Assembly (NCBI GenBank): GCA_963703285.1
Contig: OY969807.1
Location: forward strand, 896,001 to 960,000
Direction: 5' to 3'
DNA: 64,000 bases
From: an uncultured Nitrososphaerota archaeon
GTDB lineage: Archaea > Thermoproteota > Nitrososphaeria > Nitrososphaerales > Gagatemarchaeaceae
A model generated the notes under the pieces. It had not been told where the DNA came from and did no database searches. It saw only the letters and a list, made by a program, of their open reading frames with translations. Shown in pieces: positions 1 through 9,357 of this stretch (its first letter is position 1; each line of letters opens with the position of its first letter). The translations under genes were made by a program, and so were the position numbers.

Positions 1-40
1 GAAAGACCGAAACGATCGCGACTCCCAACAGGAGGTCCAT
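1..40 (-). CDS. 5' end of a probable membrane protein (MDLLLGVAIVSVF...), runs off the window
   Basis: ATG at 38-40 just downstream of the FmdE-like stop, followed by hydrophobic codons; only 13 codons visible. Confidence 0.35.
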   Translation of the reverse strand, partial: MDLLLGVAIVSVF

Positions 41-52
41 TCATGCGTCATC

Positions 53-766
53 TCACTGCCCGCCCCTCAGGACGTCCGATCGCGCCTCCGTGAATCCTGA
101 GCAGGCTATGCAGAGTGGCTTCCCTTCTACCAGCCGGACGTATCGCTCGAAGACGTATTCTCCGCATCGACTGCACTTGATCTTAGCGAACGAGCCCTTC
201 GGCCTGCTGAACGTGAAGTCGGGCAGGCGCTCGATCTTGAACATCTGATTGTCGGGAGTCAAGAGGACAATGTCGACAGCTCTTTGCGTGACCTCTTTGG
301 GTATGTCCGAGGGTTCGATACCCCGCTTTCGGTAGGCGAAGAACTCCTGCTTGCCGAGCTCGTCTTGGAAATCCGACTGAAGGTAGACACGCACAGCTCC
401 CTTGCCTGGTGCGAAGAGGATTGTGGCCATCTTTCCGTACCCAAGCCGTTCAATCATCAGCTTACCGTAGGTGCATCCTGTCGCCGACATGACACCATCC
501 GCCATACAAGTCTCCGGATGGCCGACCCCGATCTCGACGAGAGCGTAGACACCGTGATCCTTGACGCGCTCAACCCCGAGCTCGCGCATCGCGACCACCC
601 CCATCCTGTGCCCTATCGGCATGAAGGGACATCTGTGACCATGAAACTCCCAAGTCCAATCGGGCAAAATTCCGCCAGTTACCAACTCCAATTTCTGACG
701 CCCGATAGACGCCTGCCTCGTGGGGCTATTTATTCCCGGAACACGATTTTCAATATTGAGAATCAA
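53..766 (-). CDS. FmdE (formylmethanofuran dehydrogenase subunit E)-family protein with C-terminal Zn finger
   Basis: FHGHRCP, CMADGVMSATGCTYGK motifs; C-terminal CSRC...CIAC finger; true start may be further downstream. Confidence 0.85.
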   Translation of the reverse strand: MILNIENRVPGINSPTRQASIGRQKLELVTGGILPDWTWEFHGHRCPFMPIGHRMGVVAMRELGVERVKDHGVYALVEIGVGHPETCMADGVMSATGCTYGKLMIERLGYGKMATILFAPGKGAVRVYLQSDFQDELGKQEFFAYRKRGIEPSDIPKEVTQRAVDIVLLTPDNQMFKIERLPDFTFSRPKGSFAKIKCSRCGEYVFERYVRLVEGKPLCIACSGFTEARSDVLRGGQ

Positions 767-769
767 TTA

Positions 770-792
770 TCATACATTAATATATGTTGATG
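770..792. promoter_or_regulatory. Candidate ArsR operator / divergent promoter
   Basis: ACAT-TAATAT-ATGT inverted repeat (774-787) in the AT-rich gap upstream of arsR. Confidence 0.45.
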
Positions 793-817
793 GATGACCA
801 GTTGCTAGGGCGAGACG

Positions 818-1192
818 TTGCCAGGACAGAGCAAGTCGGTCCAGAAGCTGATTCAGCTTGGAATCTGCCACCCGTCGGAGATCAGACGGGCCAAGGCTGA
901 CGCTGAGAAACTCGAATCTCCAAAGAGTGCGGTAAAGATTCGGCGGGCAGAGAAGCTCCTTGGAATCATAGGCGAGGCCAACAGAATCAAGATTCTTCTA
1001 CTTCTCTCCAAGCGAGAAATGTGCGTCTGTGAGCTTGAATCTGCCCTTGGATTGCCTCAACCGACCGTGTCACATCATCTCGGCCTCTTGGAGCAGGCCG
1101 ACTTGGTCCAAAGGAGCAAGAAGGAGAGGTGGGTGTTCTACAGAGCGCGCGACTCGCCCGCCTTTGACCTTGTGAAAGGACTAGTTTCGTAG
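818..1192 (+). CDS. arsR: ArsR/SmtB-family metalloregulator (copy 1)
   Basis: NRIKILLLL-EMCVCELE-QPTVSHHLGLL wHTH with CxC motif; heads the arsC-acr3 unit. Confidence 0.92.
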   Translation: MPGQSKSVQKLIQLGICHPSEIRRAKADAEKLESPKSAVKIRRAEKLLGIIGEANRIKILLLLSKREMCVCELESALGLPQPTVSHHLGLLEQADLVQRSKKERWVFYRARDSPAFDLVKGLVS

Positions 1193-1627
1193 GTGATTGG
1201 TTTGTCTGAAGAAAGTCACAAGACACTGTTCCTCAATGTGGAGAACACCGGGCCCAGCCAGATGGTTGGGGCTTTCGCTAGGAGGAAAGGACTCCAAGCA
1301 TCGAGCGGCGCGACTCAGCCTGCCCAGTCGGTCAATTCGGCTCTGGTAAGGGGGATGGCTGAAAGGGCGTTCGAGTTTTCTCTCAAGAGGCCGAAGGTGT
1401 TCACCACCGCGATGATCGACGAAGCCGACCTTGTCATCGCCATGGGCCATTCAATCGAGAAGGCCTGCCCGAGGCCGATGCTCGACACAATGCAGAAGAT
1501 GGTTATCGACTGGAATCTCGACGACCCGAAAGGGGAATCAATCCTTGAGGGGAGGAAGATTTGGAATGAGATTGAGAGGAGGTTCGAGGAGCCTGCGAAG
1601 AACCGAGACTTGGTTTCCTCACTTTGA
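1193..1627 (+). CDS. Low-molecular-weight PTP/ArsC-fold protein lacking the catalytic residues
   Basis: FLNVENTGPSQM instead of the C-X5-R loop; ADLVIAMG and DWNLDDPKG motifs retained. Confidence 0.75.
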   Translation: MIGLSEESHKTLFLNVENTGPSQMVGAFARRKGLQASSGATQPAQSVNSALVRGMAERAFEFSLKRPKVFTTAMIDEADLVIAMGHSIEKACPRPMLDTMQKMVIDWNLDDPKGESILEGRKIWNEIERRFEEPAKNRDLVSSL

Positions 1628-1662
1628 CCGGGGAACAGAAGTAGGCAAGGGACAAGCTAATC

Positions 1663-2781
1663 ATGGCATATAGACCAACGGGCCGTCTGAAGTCCCTCGA
1701 CAGATTCCTCACTGTTTGGATATTCCTGGCGATGGCCGTCGGGGTTGGCCTGGGTTACGTGTTTCCGTCGATTTCCAGTTCCATAAACTCCTTGAGCGTC
1801 GGGACCACATCAATCCCAATAGCGCTGGGACTGATCTGGATGATGTATCCTCCCCTGGCGCGGGTTCGGTATGAGGATCTGGGGAAGATAGTCCGGATGA
1901 AGGGCTCCAAAACCATGCTTTCCATGTCTCTAATCCTCAATTGGCTGGTTGGTCCCCTTCTAATGTTCACATTGGCTTGGGTGTTCCTGGCCAACTACCC
2001 CGGCTTGAGGGACGGGGTCATCGTGATTGGGGTAGCTAGATGCATCGCCATGGTAATCGTGTGGAATGGCCTGGCCGACGGGGATAGCGAATGGGCTGCG
2101 ATCCTTGTGGCCTTGAACTCCGTCTTCCAGATCGTGTTCTTTAGTGTCCTGACCTATTTCTATGTGACCCTGGCAAGCTCTTGGATTTCTGGACAGGGGA
2201 CGGTAGTCAACATCTCTCTTCTTGAAGTCGCCCAGTCGGTCGTAATCTACCTGGGAATCCCATTCTTTGGCGGGATTGGGACAAGGTTCTTTTTCCTGAG
2301 GATGAAGGGAAAGTCGTGGTATGACCGGGTCCTGATGCGGAGACTGGCGCCGACGTCTCTCGTCGCACTGCTGTTCACAATAATCGTCATGTTCTCGCTC
2401 AAGGGGCAGTATATCGTCAACCTTCCACTCGATGTAATCCGGGTCGCCATCCCTCTGCTGCTCTATTTCGTAATCATGTTCTTCACCTCGTTCGGCCTCG
2501 GTCTTTACTCGAAGATGGACTACAGGAGGACCACCACTCTCGCGTTTACTGCCGCCAGCAACAACTTTGAGCTGGCCATTGCTGTCGCGGTCTCCGTCTT
2601 TGGCCTGGCCTCCCAAGAAGCTTTTGCTACCGTGATAGGGCCACTAATCGAGGTGCCGGTCATGATTAGCCTTGTGAATGTTGCTTTTTTGCTTCGGAAG
2701 AGATTTTTCACTCCCCCGAAAGTCCTAGACGAGAGAGAAATTACTGCGGCAGGCGCAGGAAGTCCGGCATTGAAAGGCTAA
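1663..2781 (+). CDS. acr3: ACR3-family arsenite efflux permease
   Basis: [42 protein letters not shown] motifs. Confidence 0.95.
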   Translation: MAYRPTGRLKSLDRFLTVWIFLAMAVGVGLGYVFPSISSSINSLSVGTTSIPIALGLIWMMYPPLARVRYEDLGKIVRMKGSKTMLSMSLILNWLVGPLLMFTLAWVFLANYPGLRDGVIVIGVARCIAMVIVWNGLADGDSEWAAILVALNSVFQIVFFSVLTYFYVTLASSWISGQGTVVNISLLEVAQSVVIYLGIPFFGGIGTRFFFLRMKGKSWYDRVLMRRLAPTSLVALLFTIIVMFSLKGQYIVNLPLDVIRVAIPLLLYFVIMFFTSFGLGLYSKMDYRRTTTLAFTAASNNFELAIAVAVSVFGLASQEAFATVIGPLIEVPVMISLVNVAFLLRKRFFTPPKVLDEREITAAGAGSPALKG

Positions 2782-2868
2782 AGGCTCAGGCGTGCAAGAC
2801 CATGCAAGGAAATCCGAAGTCGTTGTTTTCGGAACCTAACTTCCTAGAGCTCGATTCCGGGGAGCGAG

Positions 2869-3108
2869 TTGCGAAGTAGAATGAGCACCCCTGATCTTGG
2901 TATGATATCCAGGCGTCTGAGGCTATTGGGTTTTGAAATACTCGCAGGGTCTCTTTTCGTGCTTGCTTTGGTTGTCTACATCTGGGCATTGAACGAAGGG
3001 TCAGCGCTGCAGACTGTGTTTCTCTGGATGGCAATCGTCCTGGTCGTGCTGTCCATAGCGGGAGTTCTAATCCTGGTGGATGCCAGAAGGCTCTCAAAAT
3101 CGGACTGA
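2869..3108 (+). CDS. Small two-TM membrane protein
   Basis: Two hydrophobic segments with a basic C-terminus. Confidence 0.5.
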   Translation: MRSRMSTPDLGMISRRLRLLGFEILAGSLFVLALVVYIWALNEGSALQTVFLWMAIVLVVLSIAGVLILVDARRLSKSD

Positions 3109-3252
3109 TGACTGGAATACTTACGTGCGAGTAAACAGGGATGAAGTCGAGGAGCGAGTTACTGAGATTTCGACGAATTATCAGAGAGTTTCTTCGCCGT
3201 GGCGAGTTTACTTTCAGGTGTAGTGTGGTTATCATTTTTGAGAATGGCCTAC

Positions 3253-3282
3253 GATGTATTAATACACATCGATATAACGATG
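3253..3282. promoter_or_regulatory. Candidate ArsR operator upstream of arsR copy 2
   Basis: Overlapping inverted repeats GATGT-N8-ACATC (3253-3270) and CATCG-ATATAA-CGATG (3267-3282). Confidence 0.45.
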
Positions 3283-3295
3283 CGACGATTCAAAA

Positions 3296-3673
3296 TTGTC
3301 CTCGAGTTCTTCGAGGTCCGTTCAGAGGCTGATTCAGTTTGGAATCTGTGGAATTGAGGATATCAGAGAGGCCAAGGCCGACGCCAAGACGCTTTCGTCA
3401 CGAGAGTGCTCGGAGAGGATTCGACGGGCGGAAAGGCTCTTTGCAGCCGTGAGCGAGCCCAACAGGATCAAGATTCTCCTGCTTCTGTCCAAAAAGGAGA
3501 TGTGCGTCTGTGCGCTCGAATCGGCGCTCGGGCTGCGCCAGCCGACCCTCTCGCACCACCTGGGGCTCTTGGAACAGGCCGAATTGCTGCAGAGGACCAA
3601 GAGAGAGAGGTGGGTGTTCTACAAGCTGCGCGACTCGCCGGTGACGGACCTCCTCAGGGCCCTGGTGTTGTAG
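3296..3673 (+). CDS. arsR: ArsR/SmtB-family metalloregulator (copy 2, paralog of 818-1192)
   Basis: SVQRLIQFGIC, NRIKILLLLSK, EMCVCALE, ERWVFY are shared with copy 1. Confidence 0.9.
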   Translation: MSSSSSRSVQRLIQFGICGIEDIREAKADAKTLSSRECSERIRRAERLFAAVSEPNRIKILLLLSKKEMCVCALESALGLRQPTLSHHLGLLEQAELLQRTKRERWVFYKLRDSPVTDLLRALVL

Positions 3674-4009
3674 GTGATTCGCTTTTGATTCCCCGTCGGA
3701 AACTCTTCGGGACGAAAGAGGGAAGCACGCAGCGGGTGGAAAACCTAGAGGAGAGAGTGGAGGCTTATCGCCATTACGCAATGCATCCCTCGAAAATCCG
3801 AAGTTCGTCTCGTGGAGATGGCAAGAGTGGGAACCCAACGGCGTTGGAGGGCAGCTGTTAGCGTGAAGGTAGCGACCCCCAATGCCGTCCCATCCCCGCC
3901 CTCGAACGTCGCTTCCAGAGAAAGCGCCGAAGACGTTTCAGACTTCAGGAAGCTGCCCAGGGCCGGCTGACCCAGCCGTCCGAATATCCGCTCCACACCT
4001 CTCGACTCC

Positions 4010-5659
4010 TTGGAGGTCGTCCCGTTGAGCGCCGCTGTCGTCCTCGCAATCGTTCTTTACGAGTCTTTCATGGGTATCCTGCTGATCGCGGTAGGCGGGA
4101 GCGTCATCGTCTCCGTCACCGCCCTGTTCGCGCGTCTGCTGCGGGACGAGAGATACTCCGACTGCCTCGCGGTCTACTCGAAAGCGTCAGCTGCGCTGCT
4201 TGCGGCAGCTTGCGCTCTCCTGATCCTGGCGATCGAGGTCGCTGGCCAACTGAGCCCAACTCCATCCATGCTCCTCACGTTCCTCGCCCCCGTCTGGGCA
4301 GTCCCGCTGACGATTACCGCCGTATTGCTGTTCGTCTCCACTGGCCTGATGTTCCAGTACCACAGGGTGCAGGGCGGACTCGGGGGTAACTACGACCCTT
4401 CTGTCCTCCGGACGAACCTCCTGGCCGGTTCTGCCGCCTTCACGGGGTGCCTCTCGCTCCTCTTCTTCAACCTCGTCAACTCCTACACGATCACGCCTTC
4501 CTTGCCCTCGAGCCTGCCCGTCGTAGTCCAGGCAGGGAGCCTCGCCTCTCTGACCCAGTTGGGGCTCATGGTCAACACGAGCTGGATTCCGCTCACGATC
4601 AAGCTGCTCCTGATCGGCTGCGTCGCGTTCTCGGTCCTCTTCTCGGGCGCTGCGGCCCTGCGCAAGATGAGGAGCAGGGGAGGAGAGGGGGAGGCGAAGC
4701 TCGCCTTCGTGGTCTCGTGGGGTTTCAAGACGGCGATTGTCTTCGGCGCATCTTTGGGTATCATAGGATACTGGTGCGCGGCGATATTACACTCGGAAGA
4801 ACCGACCCTAGCGAGCGCGCTCATGGGCGTCGCCATGAAGGGCACGAGCGCAGCCCTGGTGGGGAGCATGAGCGTTCTTTGGGACGTGGGGACGGCGGGG
4901 GCGATGAGTCTTGGGGCGCTCGCTGGCGTCTATTATCTGTCCAGGGGGAGGGGCGTCATAGTGCGAGGAAGCAGCGAGCAGAGGGTGCTGAGGATGTTCC
5001 TCCCCCTGTTGCTCGTCTTGCTCGCTGTCGGAACGTACGGGGTTCTCTTTGCCGGCGTATCGTACCCGCAGCAGTTCGTCCTTGCCATAGGGGTCATTCT
5101 CGGAGGATACCTCATTCTGGAGGCGCTCAGGCGATACGATCTGGGGCAGGCAAGGCTCTACGTCCCGGCGCTGGTCTTCACCGCCTCGTGCTACGCGCTG
5201 CTGCTCTACCAGGCGCCCAACACCCTCTGGTATGACGCCGCGGCCTATGGTGGAATCTCCTGGCCGCTCATAGGCTTCCCGCTCCTCGCGGTGACCGTCT
5301 ACTACTTCGCAACCCGCTGGAGGGATGTGAAGTACTGGATTCCGGTCACTGTCGCTGCCATGGTCCTTCTGATTATCACGGTGAAGCTAGCGGACGTGGC
5401 GATGCTCAGGGGGTCAACGATCGTGGCATTGGACCCGACGTTGGCGTCCGTCGTGCAGAGCTGGGCGCTTCAGACCGGCAACGGCCTAACCTTCCTGTAC
5501 CAGCAGTACCCCATCCCCACCGATTCAGACCTTTTTGTTGGCCTGCTCTTCTCGCTTCTCATCTTCCTAGGCGTGTATTACTGCTTCGTGAGGGCAGTGT
5601 CGCCAAGAAATCTTACGACTTTCGACGGGACAAAGAGGGCTGCGGAGGTGCGCCAGTAG
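4010..5659 (+). CDS. Polytopic membrane protein; N-terminal half resembles a degenerate cytochrome bd subunit I (CydA) fold
   Basis: Many TM helices; RDERY..YSK, NLVNSYTITP and MVNTSWIPLTIK echo CydA segments; haem-ligand His residues absent. Confidence 0.6.
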   Translation: MEVVPLSAAVVLAIVLYESFMGILLIAVGGSVIVSVTALFARLLRDERYSDCLAVYSKASAALLAAACALLILAIEVAGQLSPTPSMLLTFLAPVWAVPLTITAVLLFVSTGLMFQYHRVQGGLGGNYDPSVLRTNLLAGSAAFTGCLSLLFFNLVNSYTITPSLPSSLPVVVQAGSLASLTQLGLMVNTSWIPLTIKLLLIGCVAFSVLFSGAAALRKMRSRGGEGEAKLAFVVSWGFKTAIVFGASLGIIGYWCAAILHSEEPTLASALMGVAMKGTSAALVGSMSVLWDVGTAGAMSLGALAGVYYLSRGRGVIVRGSSEQRVLRMFLPLLLVLLAVGTYGVLFAGVSYPQQFVLAIGVILGGYLILEALRRYDLGQARLYVPALVFTASCYALLLYQAPNTLWYDAAAYGGISWPLIGFPLLAVTVYYFATRWRDVKYWIPVTVAAMVLLIITVKLADVAMLRGSTIVALDPTLASVVQSWALQTGNGLTFLYQQYPIPTDSDLFVGLLFSLLIFLGVYYCFVRAVSPRNLTTFDGTKRAAEVRQ

Positions 5660-5661
5660 AG

Positions 5662-6195
5662 TTGCCAGACGTAAGCAGGAGGTCAGTCCTCAAGCTGCTG
5701 ATGGTCATATCGACCGTGCTGGTCATCGCTCCCCTCGCTACCTTGGTCCGCTACCTGAACATCCCCTACGTCTTCCAGCCCGTGAAAGCGCAGATAGAGG
5801 GAGCGTCAACCATGTCGAACGACTCGTCCTTGGACTTTCAGTGGCCCACCCCGACACGGCCCTTCGACACGAACCTGCTGATCAGGGACGACACGGGTAA
5901 CTACTACGCCTACAACCGTGTGTGCACCCACCTGCAGTGCTTTGTGAACTACGACCCGGTCTCCGAAACAATCCAGTGCCCATGTCACGGGAGCAGGTAC
6001 GACGCCCACACCGGCGAGGTAATCAGCGGGCCGGCGCCGAGAGCGCTCCCGCAGATAGTCCTCGAGATCGACGCTAACGGCAACGTCTACGCCGTGAACG
6101 CCATCGGGAGCTTCGGAGTCGGAAGAACGGCGACGGCGGACCAGGAGTCGAAGAAGGACCCGCCGCGTGGGCGCCTCTCAGACCTCGGTGATTGA
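5662..6195 (+). CDS. Rieske [2Fe-2S] protein with Tat signal/anchor
   Basis: SRRSVLK Tat motif; CTHLQC and CPCHGSRYD boxes; GPAPRALP. Confidence 0.93.
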   Translation: MPDVSRRSVLKLLMVISTVLVIAPLATLVRYLNIPYVFQPVKAQIEGASTMSNDSSLDFQWPTPTRPFDTNLLIRDDTGNYYAYNRVCTHLQCFVNYDPVSETIQCPCHGSRYDAHTGEVISGPAPRALPQIVLEIDANGNVYAVNAIGSFGVGRTATADQESKKDPPRGRLSDLGD

Positions 6196-6515
6196 AGATG
6201 AAGTTCATGGCCTACGCGGACGACACGATCTGGCTTCTCTTCGGATTGGGGCTGGCAATCATTATTGGAGTCGCGGTCGTCTATGTCTTCTTCGGGGTGT
6301 CCGGCTGGGCCTCCCTTGGGTTCCTGATTACCGGCGCCCTCGTGTCGGCTTCGTACTACCTAGTGGGGACGCATCCCCCGGTAGCCGCAGCGGGAGACAG
6401 CGCGAATGCGATGCTCCCACCACCAGACGAGGCGGAAGCGGCCGATGTTCCGAACGGGGACGTGCCTCTCGGAGAGGTCTCTTCTCAGACCAAGGAAAGG
6501 CGAGTCGTCGAATGA
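6192..6515 (+). CDS. Small two-TM subunit between the Rieske and cytochrome b genes
   Basis: Overlaps the Rieske stop (TTGA); two TM helices and an acidic tail. Confidence 0.7.
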   Translation: MKMKFMAYADDTIWLLFGLGLAIIIGVAVVYVFFGVSGWASLGFLITGALVSASYYLVGTHPPVAAAGDSANAMLPPPDEAEAADVPNGDVPLGEVSSQTKERRVVE

Positions 6516-6531
6516 GGAAGCGATACTCCGA

Positions 6532-7917
6532 ATGGTGAAACGAGAGGAGCCTCGTCAGAAAGGAACCGGTCCGGTCGACTGGCTGACCGACAGGGTACGG
6601 CGCACGATCATTCCCAGCTACAACCTTCTCTTCCCGAGGAATCGGAGCAACCCGCTGACCTACCTCGGGTTCCTCACCTTCGTGGCCTTCGGCATCCTCG
6701 GTGTCTCCGGGATCGGCCTGATGGTCTACTACTCCCCCGACTTCACGAACAGCTACACCAGCGTCTCGCAGATCAACAACACGGTCCCCTTCGGCTTCGA
6801 GCTCAGGAACATCCACTACTACGCCTCGGACTTCATGGTCATCCTGGCGCTGGCGCACTGCTTCTACCTGTACTTCGCCGGGAGGTACAGATTCCACAAC
6901 GAAGTGCTCTGGGTTACGGGAATACTCTTCGGCGTTCTGACGGTGCTCGACGCCTACACGGGCTACGTCCTAATCATGAACGACCGTGCCATGATGGCGG
7001 CTAACATCGGCGGGGGCGTCCTGAGCAGCATATCGCCCGGCCTGCAGGTCCTCTTCTTCGGCAACAGCTATTCGGACCTGCTCCTCAGGGTGTACACCCT
7101 GCACATCGCCATACTCCCTGTCTTGATGATACTGCTGGTATTCATCCACTTTCCCCGGACGCTTCAGATCGATGTGCCAATCATCGCGTGGGTCACGGGC
7201 GCGATCGCCGTCGTCGGGGGAATCTGGCCCGTGGCGCTAGGCGCGGCGTTCGTGCCGAACACCACCACCCCCATCACCGTCCCGGAATGGTACCTGAGCG
7301 GCATCTACGCGTTCCTTCGGACGGGGCTTCCCGTCTTCGTGGCGGGGGTCTTCCTTCCCTTCCTGCTTCTCTTCCTCCTTACGCTCGTACCGTTCTACGA
7401 CCCGGCCGTTTCCAAACAGAGTCGCGTGCGGAAGCTCATCGTAGGCTTCGGCGTCGCCGTCATCGCCGACACGACGCTGGTGACAATCTGGGGGTTGAGA
7501 AGCGCCGACCTGACTTCGGCGTTGGCAAGCGTGGCACAGCTCCCAATCACCCCCGTCACTTTCTGGGCGGCCTTCCTCCTGACGGGGGCCCTCGCCATGT
7601 TGGCGACCTGGCTGTTGTATCCTAGCAGGCGAATCGGCGCATCGAATACGATGGTGGGGGGCGGTTACAGGCTCGGACTCGACGATTCAATCATAGCGCT
7701 AGCGGGCATCGCCCTAGGCCAGGCTATCCTTCTCGCCGGGGCGTACCTGGTGAGTGCCGCCTCGCCAGCGGCAGCGCTCGCCCAGGCCGGAGTGGCGGTA
7801 ATCCTCTTCGGAGTGGGGTTGAGGATCTACTCGAACTACAATGTCGAAGACCCGGATGCGTTGAGGACGCTCGATGCAGGGGAGAATGGGGGAGGCATGA
7901 AGGGGGTCCCGACCTAG
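6532..7917 (+). CDS. Cytochrome b of a Rieske/cytochrome b complex, with extra C-terminal TM helices
   Basis: RNIHYYAS..LAHCF and TLHIA..FIHFP (four haem His); PEWY motif; start placed at ATG 6532. Confidence 0.92.
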   Translation: MVKREEPRQKGTGPVDWLTDRVRRTIIPSYNLLFPRNRSNPLTYLGFLTFVAFGILGVSGIGLMVYYSPDFTNSYTSVSQINNTVPFGFELRNIHYYASDFMVILALAHCFYLYFAGRYRFHNEVLWVTGILFGVLTVLDAYTGYVLIMNDRAMMAANIGGGVLSSISPGLQVLFFGNSYSDLLLRVYTLHIAILPVLMILLVFIHFPRTLQIDVPIIAWVTGAIAVVGGIWPVALGAAFVPNTTTPITVPEWYLSGIYAFLRTGLPVFVAGVFLPFLLLFLLTLVPFYDPAVSKQSRVRKLIVGFGVAVIADTTLVTIWGLRSADLTSALASVAQLPITPVTFWAAFLLTGALAMLATWLLYPSRRIGASNTMVGGGYRLGLDDSIIALAGIALGQAILLAGAYLVSAASPAAALAQAGVAVILFGVGLRIYSNYNVEDPDALRTLDAGENGGGMKGVPT

Positions 7918-7985
7918 GATGCCATTCATGTCGAGGTGGACGACGGAAGGCAGGATGCTCATCCTCGCAGAGCCGGCGTGGGGAG

Positions 7986-8597
7986 ATGCGTTCTCAGAAA
8001 GAGGGGCCCGCTGCACCGATGGAACACCCCACCGCTCGAGCCAAGATGGCAGAGGTGATTGATGTGCCAGGGAAAAATGTCACCCGAACGCTCGCGATGG
8101 TCGCAGTCGTGCTACTGATTGGGGTGAGCGTAGATGTCTTCGCGACGGTGATGAACACGCCCTCGCCTTCGTCCACCTCCTCTAGCGAGTCTGCCACCTC
8201 TTCAGCCAACACCCCGACGTTGAGCACCACCGCTTCTGCGACGAGCACATCTCCATCCACCTCAACTGCGACGGCTAGCAGCGCAACCTCATCCATAGGC
8301 TCCATAGACATAACGAGCCCCGCCTATGCACTATCGGTGATGATGGGCCAGAACTACAAAATCTCGGGAACCATCGCCCCCATGCCGAAGCTTCCAGACT
8401 ACGTCCTCATCCAAGTGTCAGAGCAGGGCGTGCCAGACGACCTCGACGCGGAGACCGCGACCGTCCAACCGAACGGTTACTTCTATTACAACGCGACGGT
8501 AGGCCCCTCCTGGACATCGGGAACGTACTTGATAACCGCCATCGACACTTACGGCGCGACCGGGAATGTGACCATCCAGGTGGGCTGCCACTACTGA
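7986..8597 (+). CDS. Membrane-anchored secreted protein with Ser/Thr-rich linker and beta-rich domain
   Basis: TM segment, S/T run, then a beta-sandwich-like domain (GTYLITA); start may be further downstream. Confidence 0.7.
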   Translation: MRSQKEGPAAPMEHPTARAKMAEVIDVPGKNVTRTLAMVAVVLLIGVSVDVFATVMNTPSPSSTSSSESATSSANTPTLSTTASATSTSPSTSTATASSATSSIGSIDITSPAYALSVMMGQNYKISGTIAPMPKLPDYVLIQVSEQGVPDDLDAETATVQPNGYFYYNATVGPSWTSGTYLITAIDTYGATGNVTIQVGCHY

Positions 8598-8905
8598 GTC
8601 TGCCTGTCAAGCAGGTACCCTGAGGAGCCGCCGCCCAAATTTCCTGGTTTGTCCCCCTCCTTGTGGGTACGGCCATCGACCTAGATTTGACAGTTGAACC
8701 GGCCCTCCTGTCATCCCCGTCGTAGCAATCCAACCGCTGGATCCTCAGACATAGCGAAAAGATGCGGCCTATTCGACGTTTCGTGTGGAAAGATTGAGAG
8801 GATCCACGGGGCGGAAAGGGCAAGCGAGCCAACCGGAAGAATCCGAGGAATCGAGTGATACACTGAGGCAGAAGCCTTATTACGCTTGCGACTCGCACTA
8901 AAGCC

Positions 8906-9166
8906 ATGCCTACCTTCCTCATGAAATGCCCGAGCTGCGGAAAGCACTTCGACGTCGAGCGGACAGGGGATCGGGTGGAGAAGGAGATCGTGATGGAAGA
9001 CAAGAGCCGAGAGTTGATGACCGAGAAGATCGGCCCAGTCTACTCCCCAAGCGTGACGGATGACATAGACGAGACGGTTGATGAGCAGGTCCCGGTCGAG
9101 GTCAAGACCTACAAAGAGACATACACCTGCAAGCATTGCGGGTACACCTGGACAGAGGAGAGATAG
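8906..9166 (+). CDS. Small zinc-ribbon protein
   Basis: CPSC ... CKHC pairs. Confidence 0.75.
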   Translation: MPTFLMKCPSCGKHFDVERTGDRVEKEIVMEDKSRELMTEKIGPVYSPSVTDDIDETVDEQVPVEVKTYKETYTCKHCGYTWTEER

Positions 9167-9357
9167 GGCTCGAGGCTCGAGATTGTCCCCTTCGGTACGG
9201 AAGAGTTCAGTCTACTACACTGAACGCGGGCGCCGCCATTTCGTGCTAAGGGGATGCATGACGTGAGTCTCCCTTTTGCTACGCATCTGTTGCGCCAACG
9301 AGCTGCGACACGTTAGGTACTCTAGGAGCATTTTGAGAAGGGGAGCCGGCTATATCG

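Noticed and set aside
5662-6195. Rieske protein as arsenite oxidase AioB, given the nearby ars genes
   Set aside because: No AioA-type DMSO-reductase-family subunit is adjacent; it is linked to a PEWY cytochrome b instead.
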